Of a stretch of 64,000 nucleotides of DNA, positions 36,822 through 47,755 are shown in pieces. Every line of letters starts with the position of its first letter. Position 1 is the first letter of the stretch. The notes beneath the pieces were generated by a model, which was given only the letters and a program-made list of their open reading frames with translations, was not told the origin of the DNA and searched no databases. The position numbers were made by a program, and so were the translations under genes. Source of the DNA: Oikopleura dioica (taxonomy: Eukaryota; Animalia; Chordata). The stretch lies in assembly GCA_907165135.1 (NCBI GenBank), contig OU015566.1, positions 8,060,001-8,124,000 of the forward strand. The letters run 5' to 3'.

Positions 36822-38105
36822 GAAAAAAATCCACTGAAGCTTGAAATCTTGTACTCACCGCCATTTCGTACTTTTATGATTTCAAGTCGCAAACTTTCAA
36901 TCTTGCCTTGCTCTTTTTATTTCTGTATAACACAAATGCTTTACGAATTCGACAATCGCCTAAAAAAATGTCGTCTTCGTAATGCTTTGCACCGGTCAAC
37001 ACTTTATAAGATGATACCATACATCCCGTTTAGAATCATTGCAACCACTTTTTATGCTTCTATTTTGGAAGCGGCAACCATTCCTGTCTGCAACACACAC
37101 ATACAGTTAGTTGGCTAAATGATACGTACTAGCTCATTACTATGAAATAAAGCCAAAAAGTCCTTTATCTCGCCACTTTCTTTATTGCAGAATATAATTT
37201 TTTCGTCAAAAACTGTGGTCCACGAACTGCGCTCGTGGATGATGAAAAATATCAGACTCGCGCATGAAAGAGCTCTGAATCCATCGAAGTGTGTCTCTGT
37301 TGATATTGTCCATCTAAAATGAAAATAACGAATTCATCAGATATTCTAAACTTGCGGTCCTAAACAGCTGCCCGTTCAGGTATAAGCCAGCATGGCAAAA
37401 AGTTGCTAGGCAAAAACAAGATGCTTTCATTTGAACCTCTCAGCAAGCTGATTGCGAGCAAGGCTTGTCCCTTTTATAACCATCAGAAGGTGTTATGAAT
37501 CATCAATAACTTATGATGAATTTAACAACCTGTGGTTTTTGGCACATTTTTAATCATTTCACGCCACAAAGCTGTCCATATTATAATTAAACGTTCTAAA
37601 AGGCCCTTACATATTGAGATAAACTCCTATAACTTGCAGTTTGAAAAATGCGTCCTTCTTGAAAAATGTTCCCAAAGCAAGATGAAAAGACGTAGAAGAA
37701 AGTTCGCATTCCTGTCTCGGTGCTAACATTTTCTAGGTCTGAGCTTTTTATACAAAACATATTAATTATACAAAGGTTTGACAATCATCAGTGTTCTCGG
37801 ATCAGTCGGATAAAAGACAGTTTTTTGACACCTTTGTACTGCCACATTAGAATTTCTTTGAAGTACGAAAGTAGGTCAACGAAAAAGAAAGCATTCTCGA
37901 CAATTTATTCATACAAAACATCTGTTCTATGAATCCTAGTTCAACTCTTCAATTCTCTTAAAATTTCGTCGAGTGACTTTTTTCGTAGTGGTGGGGTTTT
38001 GTTTTTCCTCCTTGATGTTTCTTTCTGGATTTTTTCTGTTATAATTTTCAGTGATGTTCCCTTTTCATTATTTCCAGCTAGACATAGGTATTAGTTGATG
38101 AAAGA

Positions 38106-38354
38106 TCAATTGAATCGCCTACCCTTGTATCCATGAAGATAAAACTCTTCTTCAAAATCTGAAAAGTCATCTTCTGTCTTGTCGCACTCGGAATCTGTTG
38201 AATTCGCAAAACTGAAGTCGCTGATGTTTCCTAATCCACTTTCTCCGTTCGAATCTTTTTTCATTTTCTTATTTTTCTTCCTCAGTTTTCTCTTGGCTAT
38301 CTTCTTCGCTAGAAATCTCAAGGCCTCTTGAAGGCCCTTGTCGATTGGATTCAT
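38106..38354 (-). CDS. Small single-exon protein, basic N-half and acidic C-half
   Basis: 82-aa ATG ORF (KKIAKRKLRKKNKKMKK ... DSECDKTEDDFSDFEEEFY) with TATAAAA ~25 nt upstream. Confidence 0.5.
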   Translation of the reverse strand: MNPIDKGLQEALRFLAKKIAKRKLRKKNKKMKKDSNGESGLGNISDFSFANSTDSECDKTEDDFSDFEEEFYLHGYKGRRFN

Positions 38355-38661
38355 ATTAGTCGATCTTTGTTGATTTTATACTTTTGTTTTTACGGCGCAT
38401 AATTCGCGAGGTTAGAGGTTGTTGAAGTTTCTTATTTTGAACGACGAGGAACTGGAAAGCCCCCTCGAAATGTCAGCGAAAAAAGCAGATTACGTAAACG
38501 TTGCGCACCGAAATAGACTATAAAATCAAAGCTATGATCGTAAATTTAGCACTTTACGAACAAATTACGCAATTTTCGTCTTAGGGGTGAAAGTAGTTTA
38601 TTACAAGAAAAAAACAACCTATTAACAAATTAATCGTCTTCTTCGGAGTTATGAGTTTCGC

Positions 38662-40508
38662 TCAGACGCTTTCTGCTTTGGACAAGCGGCTTTTGGTCCT
38701 CTTTATCAGGAAAAGTCGCTTTCCAAGCCTTAGAAAGTGGAAATCAAGGTCAGCTTTAGATTGATTACCTTCACAAACGGGATCATTATTCCAGCCGAAA
38801 ATATGAGCGTAGCTCCAAGGTATTCGAGAGGTCTTGGAGGCGTTTTTAAAAAGACTAAATAGGAACAAGGTTAGAGTATATACATTTGATTGAAAACTTA
38901 CAGTAGTGCTCGATGACGGTCGAAACGGTAAGATCGATGCTCTGAGCCATTGATACAAGACCAGGATTTGTGTACTATCAGTGGATTAAAATCAATATGT
39001 TCCATTGATAAACAACTATCTTTTTAATCCTAAATGAACTAGCCGGTCCTGAAGCGCCTTGTTCGATCCAAGGGTTCCACCAGTAGCAGTGAAGCAAAGA
39101 GCAACAAGCCATTTCCCAGCTGTCGAGCCTGAAACAGATCAACCTATCAATCTATTGAATAGGAATACTTTATATTGCCTTGTTTATATCATGCTGCAGT
39201 ATTCATGCAGGAATCAAGGATTACTTGGGATCGAATAATTTTGAAAAATGAGAGTGACGGGAATGTTGAGGGAGCAAGATTGCAGCGCGTGCCAGAAAAC
39301 TATGGCTTCGGCGGAGACTTCTTCTTTGATTTGTCTGTATCTTGTGAAGCCGATGGATCGGAAAAGGCCCCCGAGAAAGCAGAGAAAGAAGCCGCCAACA
39401 ATTCTCCATGAGTTTGCGACGTAGAAATCATTCAACTGGGTGGTCGAAACTCCCATAAGAACCATTCCAATAACAGCGATACTGTAAGAGCGTGTTATAT
39501 TTTTCTTATATCAAGAAATGAACATACCAAAGAGCGCAAAGTTGCAAGAGTGTCACAGCTTCATGGAGAGTAACAACAGTAAAAATGACTGAAATGATCG
39601 TTCTACTGGCACTTCTTCCAGCAACCGCAGCGTCAGGCAAAATAAGTGAAAACGCGCCGAAAACTGAAGTGGATGCAAAGGTGTACCAAGTGCAAATGAA
39701 AAACACATTCCGATGGTGGTGCTTTGGCACGAAGAAATTCATCGCGCTTTCAATTTGTTTATAATTTGCAATATTCAGGAAGAAACGAGTCCGGGTAAAT
39801 AAAACAATTCCTGCATAATGAAATGAGAGGCATCACGGCGACTTGGAACACGGATCGAGTTAGCAGACACTCTGTGATCGATATGCCCTCTAATGTGGCT
39901 TGTTTGACAACCACAGACTAACATTTCATTCAAAATATCATGAATAAAGATGTTACAGTACCTGGAGTCCATACATGAGCCCAGCAGAGAGGGCAATTAG
40001 AACGCCGAGCGTGTTTATCGCGGCATTTCTTTTTCTCTCTTTGCTTCTAGCTCAGCTTATTTTAGCGTTTGAATATATTTAGAGGTGTCAATATTCCCTT
40101 ATGTTCTTCAGTTTGCCGAGAACAAAATTATGAAACGCGTTTCCTAAGTGAGGATCATCTTCAGCTCGCTCAAAATCGAATAAAGAAGATTCTGGTCTTG
40201 AATCAAGCCCTCCATTTGCGAATTTTTCATATTGATAAGGGTTCCCTCTTCTAAAATTTCAATTTAGAAAATCAATGATTTTTGCTTCTCTTACTGATGA
40301 TGCATTTCTTCATCTTTTGTCGAAGAAATAATCTCGTAGCCCTTGTCGTTTTGTTGAAAAATGTTCCACATATTTCTTTCTCTTTTTTTAAAAAATCGAG
40401 AATGATTTGTCCTGTGAAAAGTGCCGTAGGAGTTGAAGAGCTTCTCGGACAATTATCCAATTTAGAGAATCGATGCACGGACCCAGTATCCGATCGTTGA
40501 ATATTCAT
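38662..40508 (-). CDS. EamA/DMT-family multi-pass transporter (SLC35G-like)
   Basis: Spliced exons give LGVLIALSAGLMYGLQSVVVKQA...CLLTRSVFQVAV...AAVAGRSASRTIISVIFTVVTLHEAVTLLQL..., the typical EamA pattern, followed by further hydrophobic exons. Exact boundaries partly ambiguous. Confidence 0.7.
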
Positions 40509-40834
40509 CCTGTTCAGCAGCTGAAAATTGTTTTCAAAATGCATCCTCAATATAAATAAGCCAGTAAATATTTACGCAAAAGTGGCACTTATCTTGACGA
40601 AACTGGTACCGACCAGTTAAACCAAAATATTGATATAATTGTCCTTTCTATTGCAGATTTCAACTTTAATTTTTGATATTTCAAGCAAAATAAAGGGCTC
40701 ATGATGATGAGTGTGCAAATTTTTCGTAACCTTTGCTGGCGAAGCTTCGTTCCTTCTACGACGATGATTCAAAAGCGCCCGAAGCGACAATTTTCTATGG
40801 TAATGAGCAGTCTTCTTGAAATGAGCGTCAGAAT

Positions 40835-43800
40835 ATGTTTTGGAGATTTTGGATATTTGAATTACTTTTAGAAGCTTCAGCTACTCAGAGTTGCAGAGAT
40901 CATCCATTTTTCTATGGCTTGTGCAGCTATCAAGTCTGCAGTTATGAGAATGCACAGAGATACTGCCCTGTAACTTGTGGGCAGTGCAGGTCCTTTGTGG
41001 AAACGTCAATCAATTACGTGGATACAGAGATCAAACTGCAGAATGAGTGCTCGCCTCAAATTTCACAAGCGATGCGATGTGAATACAAGGAAGGTTCAAG
41101 AGTTCTTTCTTCGTGCAGGTTTAGACTGAAAATATTGAGCTATTAAAAGTGCGCCATCAACTACGGTTCTCCCGTCTGCGTCTGTCCAAAAGGCTACCAA
41201 TTGACAGGCTACAGCTGTCGAGATATCAACGAGTGTCTCAGCAGCTCTTCAAATGCTTGTGAAAGCTACCAGAGTTGTATCAACACTGAAGGGGGTTATT
41301 ACTGTAAGGACGATCTCAACGAAAAATGCACTGCTGCGGAGGGTGAATGTGGTGCAGCTGCTCAAACAAATATTGCCGGAAAATATTTTTCCTCAGAAAA
41401 TGGATTTGAATTTCCCTGGCTGGTCGTTATTTCCGGCCAAGTTGAAAGAAAACTTGTTTCGTGTCTTGGAGCAGCAATTAGTGATGGCTCGTATGTAATC
41501 GCCGATCTTGCTTGTACTGGAAACATGAAGACAACTAGTATGAGCGTTTATCGACTTAGCGACAATAAACGACTCTATGTTTCGTTTGCTTACAATAGCC
41601 AAGAGTTTGATGTTTTTCTTGTAAAACTTACTCAACCAATTCCAGGAATGCCGTCTTGTATGCCAGAAGGAGAAAATTTCAATCAGTTCAACCAGTGTGT
41701 CAGCGTTCAGTTGGACAACAAGCAATCCTTCAAAATGAATTCTGAATATCTGATGAGCTCTCAGACAAGCTGCGACACCCTCGCTCGAAAGTTCACACAG
41801 CTATTCTACAAGCAACTTCCTGGAGCGATTTGTTCAGGAGATTCAGATGTTGACAGTACTTGTTCAATTTCCAAGTCTCAATCTGCCTTGTTCTGCAAAA
41901 GATGTGACTCCTGCTCATGGTCTCTTGCTGGCTTCGGGAAATTTACTGGAACATGTTCTGGATCAAAATTCGTCAGTGGCTTTTCTTCCGTTGAAATTGC
42001 CGAGAAATGGATCCGGTCTTTCACACCATATGACTACTCTCATCGACAGAAAAAGTGCTCTCTCGATCATTGCTGCGAAAAATTTAGCATCGAGGGAAAA
42101 GTCTTCCAGAAACAAGCAGGCAGCTATTACAAAACTAGTGCCAGCGAGTTTCTTTTCAATTTGAAAGGTGTTTGGGCGAATGGGATGTCTCTTTCTGGGC
42201 TTTCGCAAAGCTCATATTGTCCTGAAGACGCCGCTTGGATAAATCCTTTCGGCAAGAAAAAATTTACTTCCAAAGCAACATGCCAAGCTGGTCAAAAATA
42301 TTCGCTCTGGTCAGAATGGTCTAGCTGTGATTGCAAATATGGCGCGATCGGAAGACAGCGAACCTGCCAAAAATTAGGAACCTGTGCCGAAGAACGACTG
42401 TTTGAGCTCAAGAAAGAATCCATAGAGTCTTGCAAATCTCTAAATTGTCCGAAATGTTGCAATGCGATCAAATTTAATGTCCCAAATATAAAGTTGACGG
42501 ACGCCATCCGCCCTCGAACTGAAAGTCTCACTTTCCATCTCACCAAAGATCTACAGCAAAGTCGCCCTATTTATAAAACATCAGATGGAAAATATTTCCT
42601 AACATATACAACTGGCTTCTGGGTAGTTACCAACAAAATAGGAAGTTTTGATTTTTTCTATTTCATCGAAGACTCTGCTTTTGTCCAACTGATGTGCGAA
42701 CAGGTGGATGGGAGATTATGGGCGCTGGAATGAACAGCGCATCTGACAATAGAATTTCTACAGATTGTATGGAAATACCTTTTGCAGATGAATCACAACC
42801 AGTTCTTACTAAAACCATCGCTCCTCCAGCACAGGAGAAAATCGCCGGCTGCTGTGCCAAATTCACCCTTTCTGCAACTGGCATTGACAGCCCCATTCCC
42901 TCAATCTCCGAATTCCACTACGATCCCTCGAAACCAGACGCAAAGAATTTCAACGGCCAAAACGGATACAAGGTTTATCCGTACGCAACAGGCAGTGAAG
43001 AGTATTTTGTCTTCGGAGAAGGAACATCTGTTTCAAACGCTGCCTGTTTCTCAAAAAGATTAAAAAAGACAGAATGTTTGGATGATGAAAGTTTGACTTG
43101 GCAGTGCAAATCAGGTGGACAGTGGATGGATGTAGTAACAGTGAGATTTTCATGCAAAATGGAGACAACAACGACTCCTAAGCCGGTTATAACAACAATT
43201 AAAACAACTTCAACTACAACAACTACAACTCGTAAAACGACAACAAAACCAGCAACACCAAAAACGACGAAGAAAATCGCCATCTCGTACACGACACCAA
43301 AGATTTGGTCAAAGTTTACTTCCTAACCATCTTATATAAAACAAGCTTTGACCAAATATTAGCCAACTACCCCCTCAAAAATATTTTCAATTCAACCAGA
43401 TCAATGTTACTCTAGCAATGGATGTTGTTGTGTTCTACAAATCACGGGCCATCTGACTGGCATTTTTACAAAGGATGAAGAAGACAATTATAACTCTGAA
43501 GATCAATCGCTCAAATTGAGTCGCAACGATAATTACTGGGTTATTCGACAAAATGGGAAGAATATGTATTACGTGAAAGATAATGGAAGGAATGATTGCC
43601 CGAATTTGACGAGCATGTCTTGGAAGCGAAAGTCGGAGAAAGATTTAGGTATTTTAAGATACTTATAAACTTGATTTTAATTTATTATAAGGATGGGTCG
43701 ATACAACGATTAGTATCACGTGTAAAACTCCAGAGAATCATAAAAACTCACCATCGAAATCAACAACGACTAAATCAGAATTTCAAAACTCTGAAGCATT

Positions 43801-44920
43801 CGACTTTAATTCATATGAATACGAAGCTCAAGAATTTCCAACGACAACTACGCTCGATTTCACAACCACAACTGCAACGACAATGACAACGACTCTTTGG
43901 GATGAAGCGGTGCAGCCCTGGGCGCCGTGGTCGAAATGTTCGTCAACTTGCGGCGGCGTTCAATCGCGAAAAAGACATGATGATGAAATCGCAACGCAGT
44001 GGAAGCCTTGTGGAGCTTCTTGTCCTACGTATTCCCCGTGGTTCGAATGGTCTCCGTGTTCAGAATGGTGCGGCTTCGGGGTTCAACGGCGTCGCCGCGT
44101 ATGCACTTTAGACGGAAAACCATCAGACGATTGTAACGATGCCTTAGCTTTTGAAAAGAAAGCATGCTACGAGCAGGATTGTCCATTGGTATCAAAACTA
44201 TCGAACTGTTGCATGTTTATTTCTATTTCCGGCTCCGGCGGACCTCTTGATGGCTCTTACAAAATTTCCGGCGGGAATAAAGAGGGAATCATTTATGAGC
44301 ATTTTGATGGTAGCTTCGAAATCTATAAGCAACAGAGGAAATGGCACATTGGTAAACCATTGAAGAGCCTTGCTGATGCTACGCTAGGAAGAGTGTCATA
44401 GATAAATTTCATAAATTATTATGTAAAAATATAAATAGAAATTTTATTTTTGTTTTCTTTTGTTATGAGCTCAAAAAAGCTGCATTGACTATTTTCGGTG
44501 GATCCGGAGTTGATAATTGCCCAACGTCAGTGAAAAATTGGAAAGTTCCAACGCTGACTGACGGACAACTCATTCTTCAGGACAAGAATAGCTTGAAGCT
44601 TTTCTGCGGCACAAGTTGGTCTGAATGGTCTCATACTTGCGACAAAACCAAATGTGGGGATGATATTCGAAGCCGATCGAAGCAAGACAAAAACGGAAAA
44701 ACAATCAAAGATCAGCAAAATTGCGGGTATGATTTGCAGTCCTTGAAGTTTTATAATATTTAGGCTCCCCTGCGAAAAATGCGTGGACAAAGGCTCAAAT
44801 GCTCTCTGCAAAGTTTTCGAGCGAAGTGGATACTGTGTCAGATCTGAGATGAGAGCTTTCATGAAGACGAATTGTCCAGCGGGTTGCTGCGTTTTCACTG
44901 GAAACCTAACTTTTCAATAA
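40835..44920 (+). CDS. Large secreted modular protein: ShK - EGF/Ca-EGF - non-catalytic trypsin-like - TSP1 repeats - 5x CC..CP..W module - Thr-rich linkers - ShK
   Basis: ShK CRDHPFFYGLC...YCPVTCGQC; EGF CRDINECLSSSSNACESYQSCINTEGGYYC; trypsin-like FPWLVVI...CLGAAIS; TSP1 WSEWSSC, WAPWSKCSSTCGGVQSRKR, WFEWSPCSEWCGFGVQRRRRVC; terminal ShK CVDKGSNALCKVFERSGYC...TNCPAGC. Frameshift at 42679-42682. Confidence 0.85.
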
Positions 44921-45496
44921 AATAAATGTATTGCGAAGCTTACGCAAATACTAGTCTATTTATAGCGTTCACGCAAAAAGCTATTTTTTTCGAGCTCACA
45001 GACAATGTTAATCTCATTTTGTTCGCACAAAGCAATGGTCGGAAAAAATATAAATTTTCGATTTTGAAAAAAAACCACTATGTTGACCGCTTTAGTCATC
45101 ATCTAAACCCAAGAAAAAACCTGGAAAAAACCTTTTTTCATTGCCCGGGGCTATTTTGTGACCAATTCTAAAAATTTCCTACGGACTGGCATATCTCACG
45201 TGACAGTTAATGAAATCACGTGATTTATATTTTTTTTAAAAAGCTTATTCTCTGGCAATTGGGGCAAAGAGAAGAAATTTGAAAATAATGCATTCTGAAT
45301 ACCGAAAAAAAGTATTTCAAATTTTCGGCCAATCAGAAAAATCGGATTTTCGAAATTTTTTTATTCGGAATCTGAGCTTTCAATTGATACCTTAATCACT
45401 TGGTTTCAATAAGTAACACCTGAGTTATGGCTGTCCGAAGACGAAAAATTTATATTTTTTCCGGCCAATAGTGAGAACTTGGCAGATGAAGATTAA

Positions 45497-46187
45497 GGGA
45501 TCCCCCCCCCTCCCGTTTTGGCCATTTTCAACTGGAAATTCAGCCGATTTGGGCTGATGAATTGGGGCGTATAATATCTCTACGGATAGCCCAGGTGCTT
45601 TCCGCTATTTTCTAGTACAGAAAAGTTTTTTGCTCAAGGCAAACCTTCCACTAGGAGGCGTCAAAGTTCGAAAATTTCGAAAAAAGGCCATTTTAGGCCA
45701 TTTTTGACTCGAAATTCAGCCAATTTGGGCTTAGATAAACAAGATCTGAAAAAAGATTTAGATAGAATAAAGCCTAATCTTGAATCTCTAGTACAGAGAA
45801 CTGATTTGGTCAAGTAATAAAAAAATTTTCTCAAGAACAACCAAATGTACCCATTTATTGCGTTTTTTAGTGTATTTTGGCTCTCTAGCGCCAACATAAG
45901 GCTGATATATCCATTGCGGTTATAATATTCTTTTTCAGTGTATTCTAAGCTTTCGATAGACCCCTTATATGTCTTATTTCGATGATATTGAAAAACCGAA
46001 AAAAAATCGATTTTTACGCTAAGTACAATTTACATGCATTTTCGAAATTTTCGAAGGCTTATATTTTGAGGAAAGATGATCGTAAAGGGGTCATATGATA
46101 CATCAAAATGATCCTCAGAATACGAGGAATCTGAAAATATCAAATGAAGACCCTTATCAAGCACTTGAAAAAACAGGGGGGGATCCC
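45497..46187. mobile_element. Non-autonomous TIR element (MITE), 691 bp, TTAA target duplication, GG..CC termini (Kolobok-like)
   Basis: TTAA(45493-45496)+GGGATCCCCCCC ... GGGGGGGATCCC+TTAA(46188-46191). Internal imperfect direct repeats at 45520-45555 and 45696-45731. No transposase ORF. Confidence 0.85.
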
Positions 46188-46369
46188 TTAAACAGACGAT
46201 TTCTGGCCTACAGGGAATGTTGCTACAGGGAGTGCTGCATAAAATAAGATTAATAGACCCTTTTTAGCATTCATGAGCTTCTGAATCTATGATCAATCAC
46301 CGACCAATTAGCCTCGATTCTCTCACATTGTCTTTAGCGCCGTTCTCATGTGTCGCCCCGCTTTTCCGA

Positions 46370-46376
46370 TATAAAA
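46370..46376 (+). promoter_or_regulatory. TATA box of the small secreted-peptide gene
   Basis: TATAAAA 74 nt upstream of the ATG at 46444. Confidence 0.6.
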
Positions 46377-46443
46377 GACGGTCAAGCTCGTGTTTTTATC
46401 ATCTAACACATCAACTTGATTTCTAGCAGACTCCAGACAAGCA

Positions 46444-46635
46444 ATGAACCTTTTCAAGCTCCTCCCTCTCATTCTCCCAACAATGGGACTCACTGTTGCC
46501 GAGGCTCAACTTCGACGGGCATATTTCCTGCAGCGGTTCCCTGAATTCAACGTACCAACTGTACCCCGCCGTCGTCGACAGCAGTCTCCTCCAGCTACGC
46601 CAGAAACACCAACACTTTCTGAAATTTGGTACTGA
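46444..46635 (+). CDS. 63-aa secreted peptide precursor candidate
   Basis: Signal-like MNLFKLLPLILPTMGLTVAEA followed by QLRRAYFLQRFPEFNVPTVPRRRRQQSPP.... Single exon with an upstream TATA box. Confidence 0.65.
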   Translation: MNLFKLLPLILPTMGLTVAEAQLRRAYFLQRFPEFNVPTVPRRRRQQSPPATPETPTLSEIWY

Positions 46636-47755
46636 TAATTCTTTCCTGACGATAATCATAAATAAATCATTAGAACAATTATTTTTGTTATTTGACAAAA
46701 CTAAGCTTTTCTTTCCCTTTCAAAACCGATAGAAGTCCTCAAAATTTTTGAGTCAGAAATGATTTCTAACGGTTTTCATAATCTAAACATTCGTACTCAA
46801 TTTGTTCAAATAAGCTAATCTGGATACTGCCTGAAGCAATAAGGGTTTCAGCAGAATCTTCTAAGTGTGGTTTGTACTAGACTTCTCCGCTAAGATATTC
46901 GCCTGTTTGAGGCTTTGAGCATTGGTTCTAAATAATTTTGAACCACAAAATTTTCATCAAGAACATAAAAACTTCCTCGATAAATACTAAACAACTAAAA
47001 AATCAATTTTCATGCCTGTATTGAATAAGTAAGGTAAGCCAATTGATAAGAAGCTAGTGTGACTTCTCAGAATGTCAGCAGGATAGTGCCAGTGTGGTAA
47101 CACCATGCCCTTGAGTCATGTGAGCGGGTCACCAACGCTGGTGCTCGGTGGTGGAGCTGCTGCCCCGCTCCCGCTCCAGCATTCTGCATCAAGCCTGAAA
47201 TAGCAGCTTCAGACTTTTTTCACGTTTTTTTGTATAGGTTTTTATAGGGTAAGAGAACGTTTTTCAAAGACATAATTAATCAGAGAAAGTTTTGAAGACC
47301 TTAGAGAACTGATTTTTGATCCGAAGAACACGTTTTGAAGATGATTAGAAGGACGATTATTGGATTTTTTTTTATGAGACTTCATATAATATTTTCATAA
47401 AAATAGAAATATTAAATTTTTTTTAGATAAAATCTTATTTATAAAATCATTTTTCTTTATCTCAAATTATCAAGCATGTAAAAATTTACTCTTTATTATT
47501 TTTTGAATAGAAAAAGTGATTTTCACGTGTCTAGACAGATGATCTCAAAGTCTCTGACCTAAATATATTTCAAAAATTTGCCTCTGCCAATGGAAAGAAT
47601 TATTCAAAGAACATTGAATTTCCCCCTTTGCTCACGTGTTGAACAATGTGTTCAAGCGTAATTGTCGGTGGAATTAAAATAATCAATAATACAATTACAT
47701 GATAATTTAAATCGATCCACATTTTTATCCTCCTGACAATTTTCTAGTGCACATA

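Noticed and set aside
39747-39810. Apparent GA-AG intron in the EamA gene
   Set aside because: A canonical 40-nt GT-AG intron ending at the same acceptor keeps the frame equally well.
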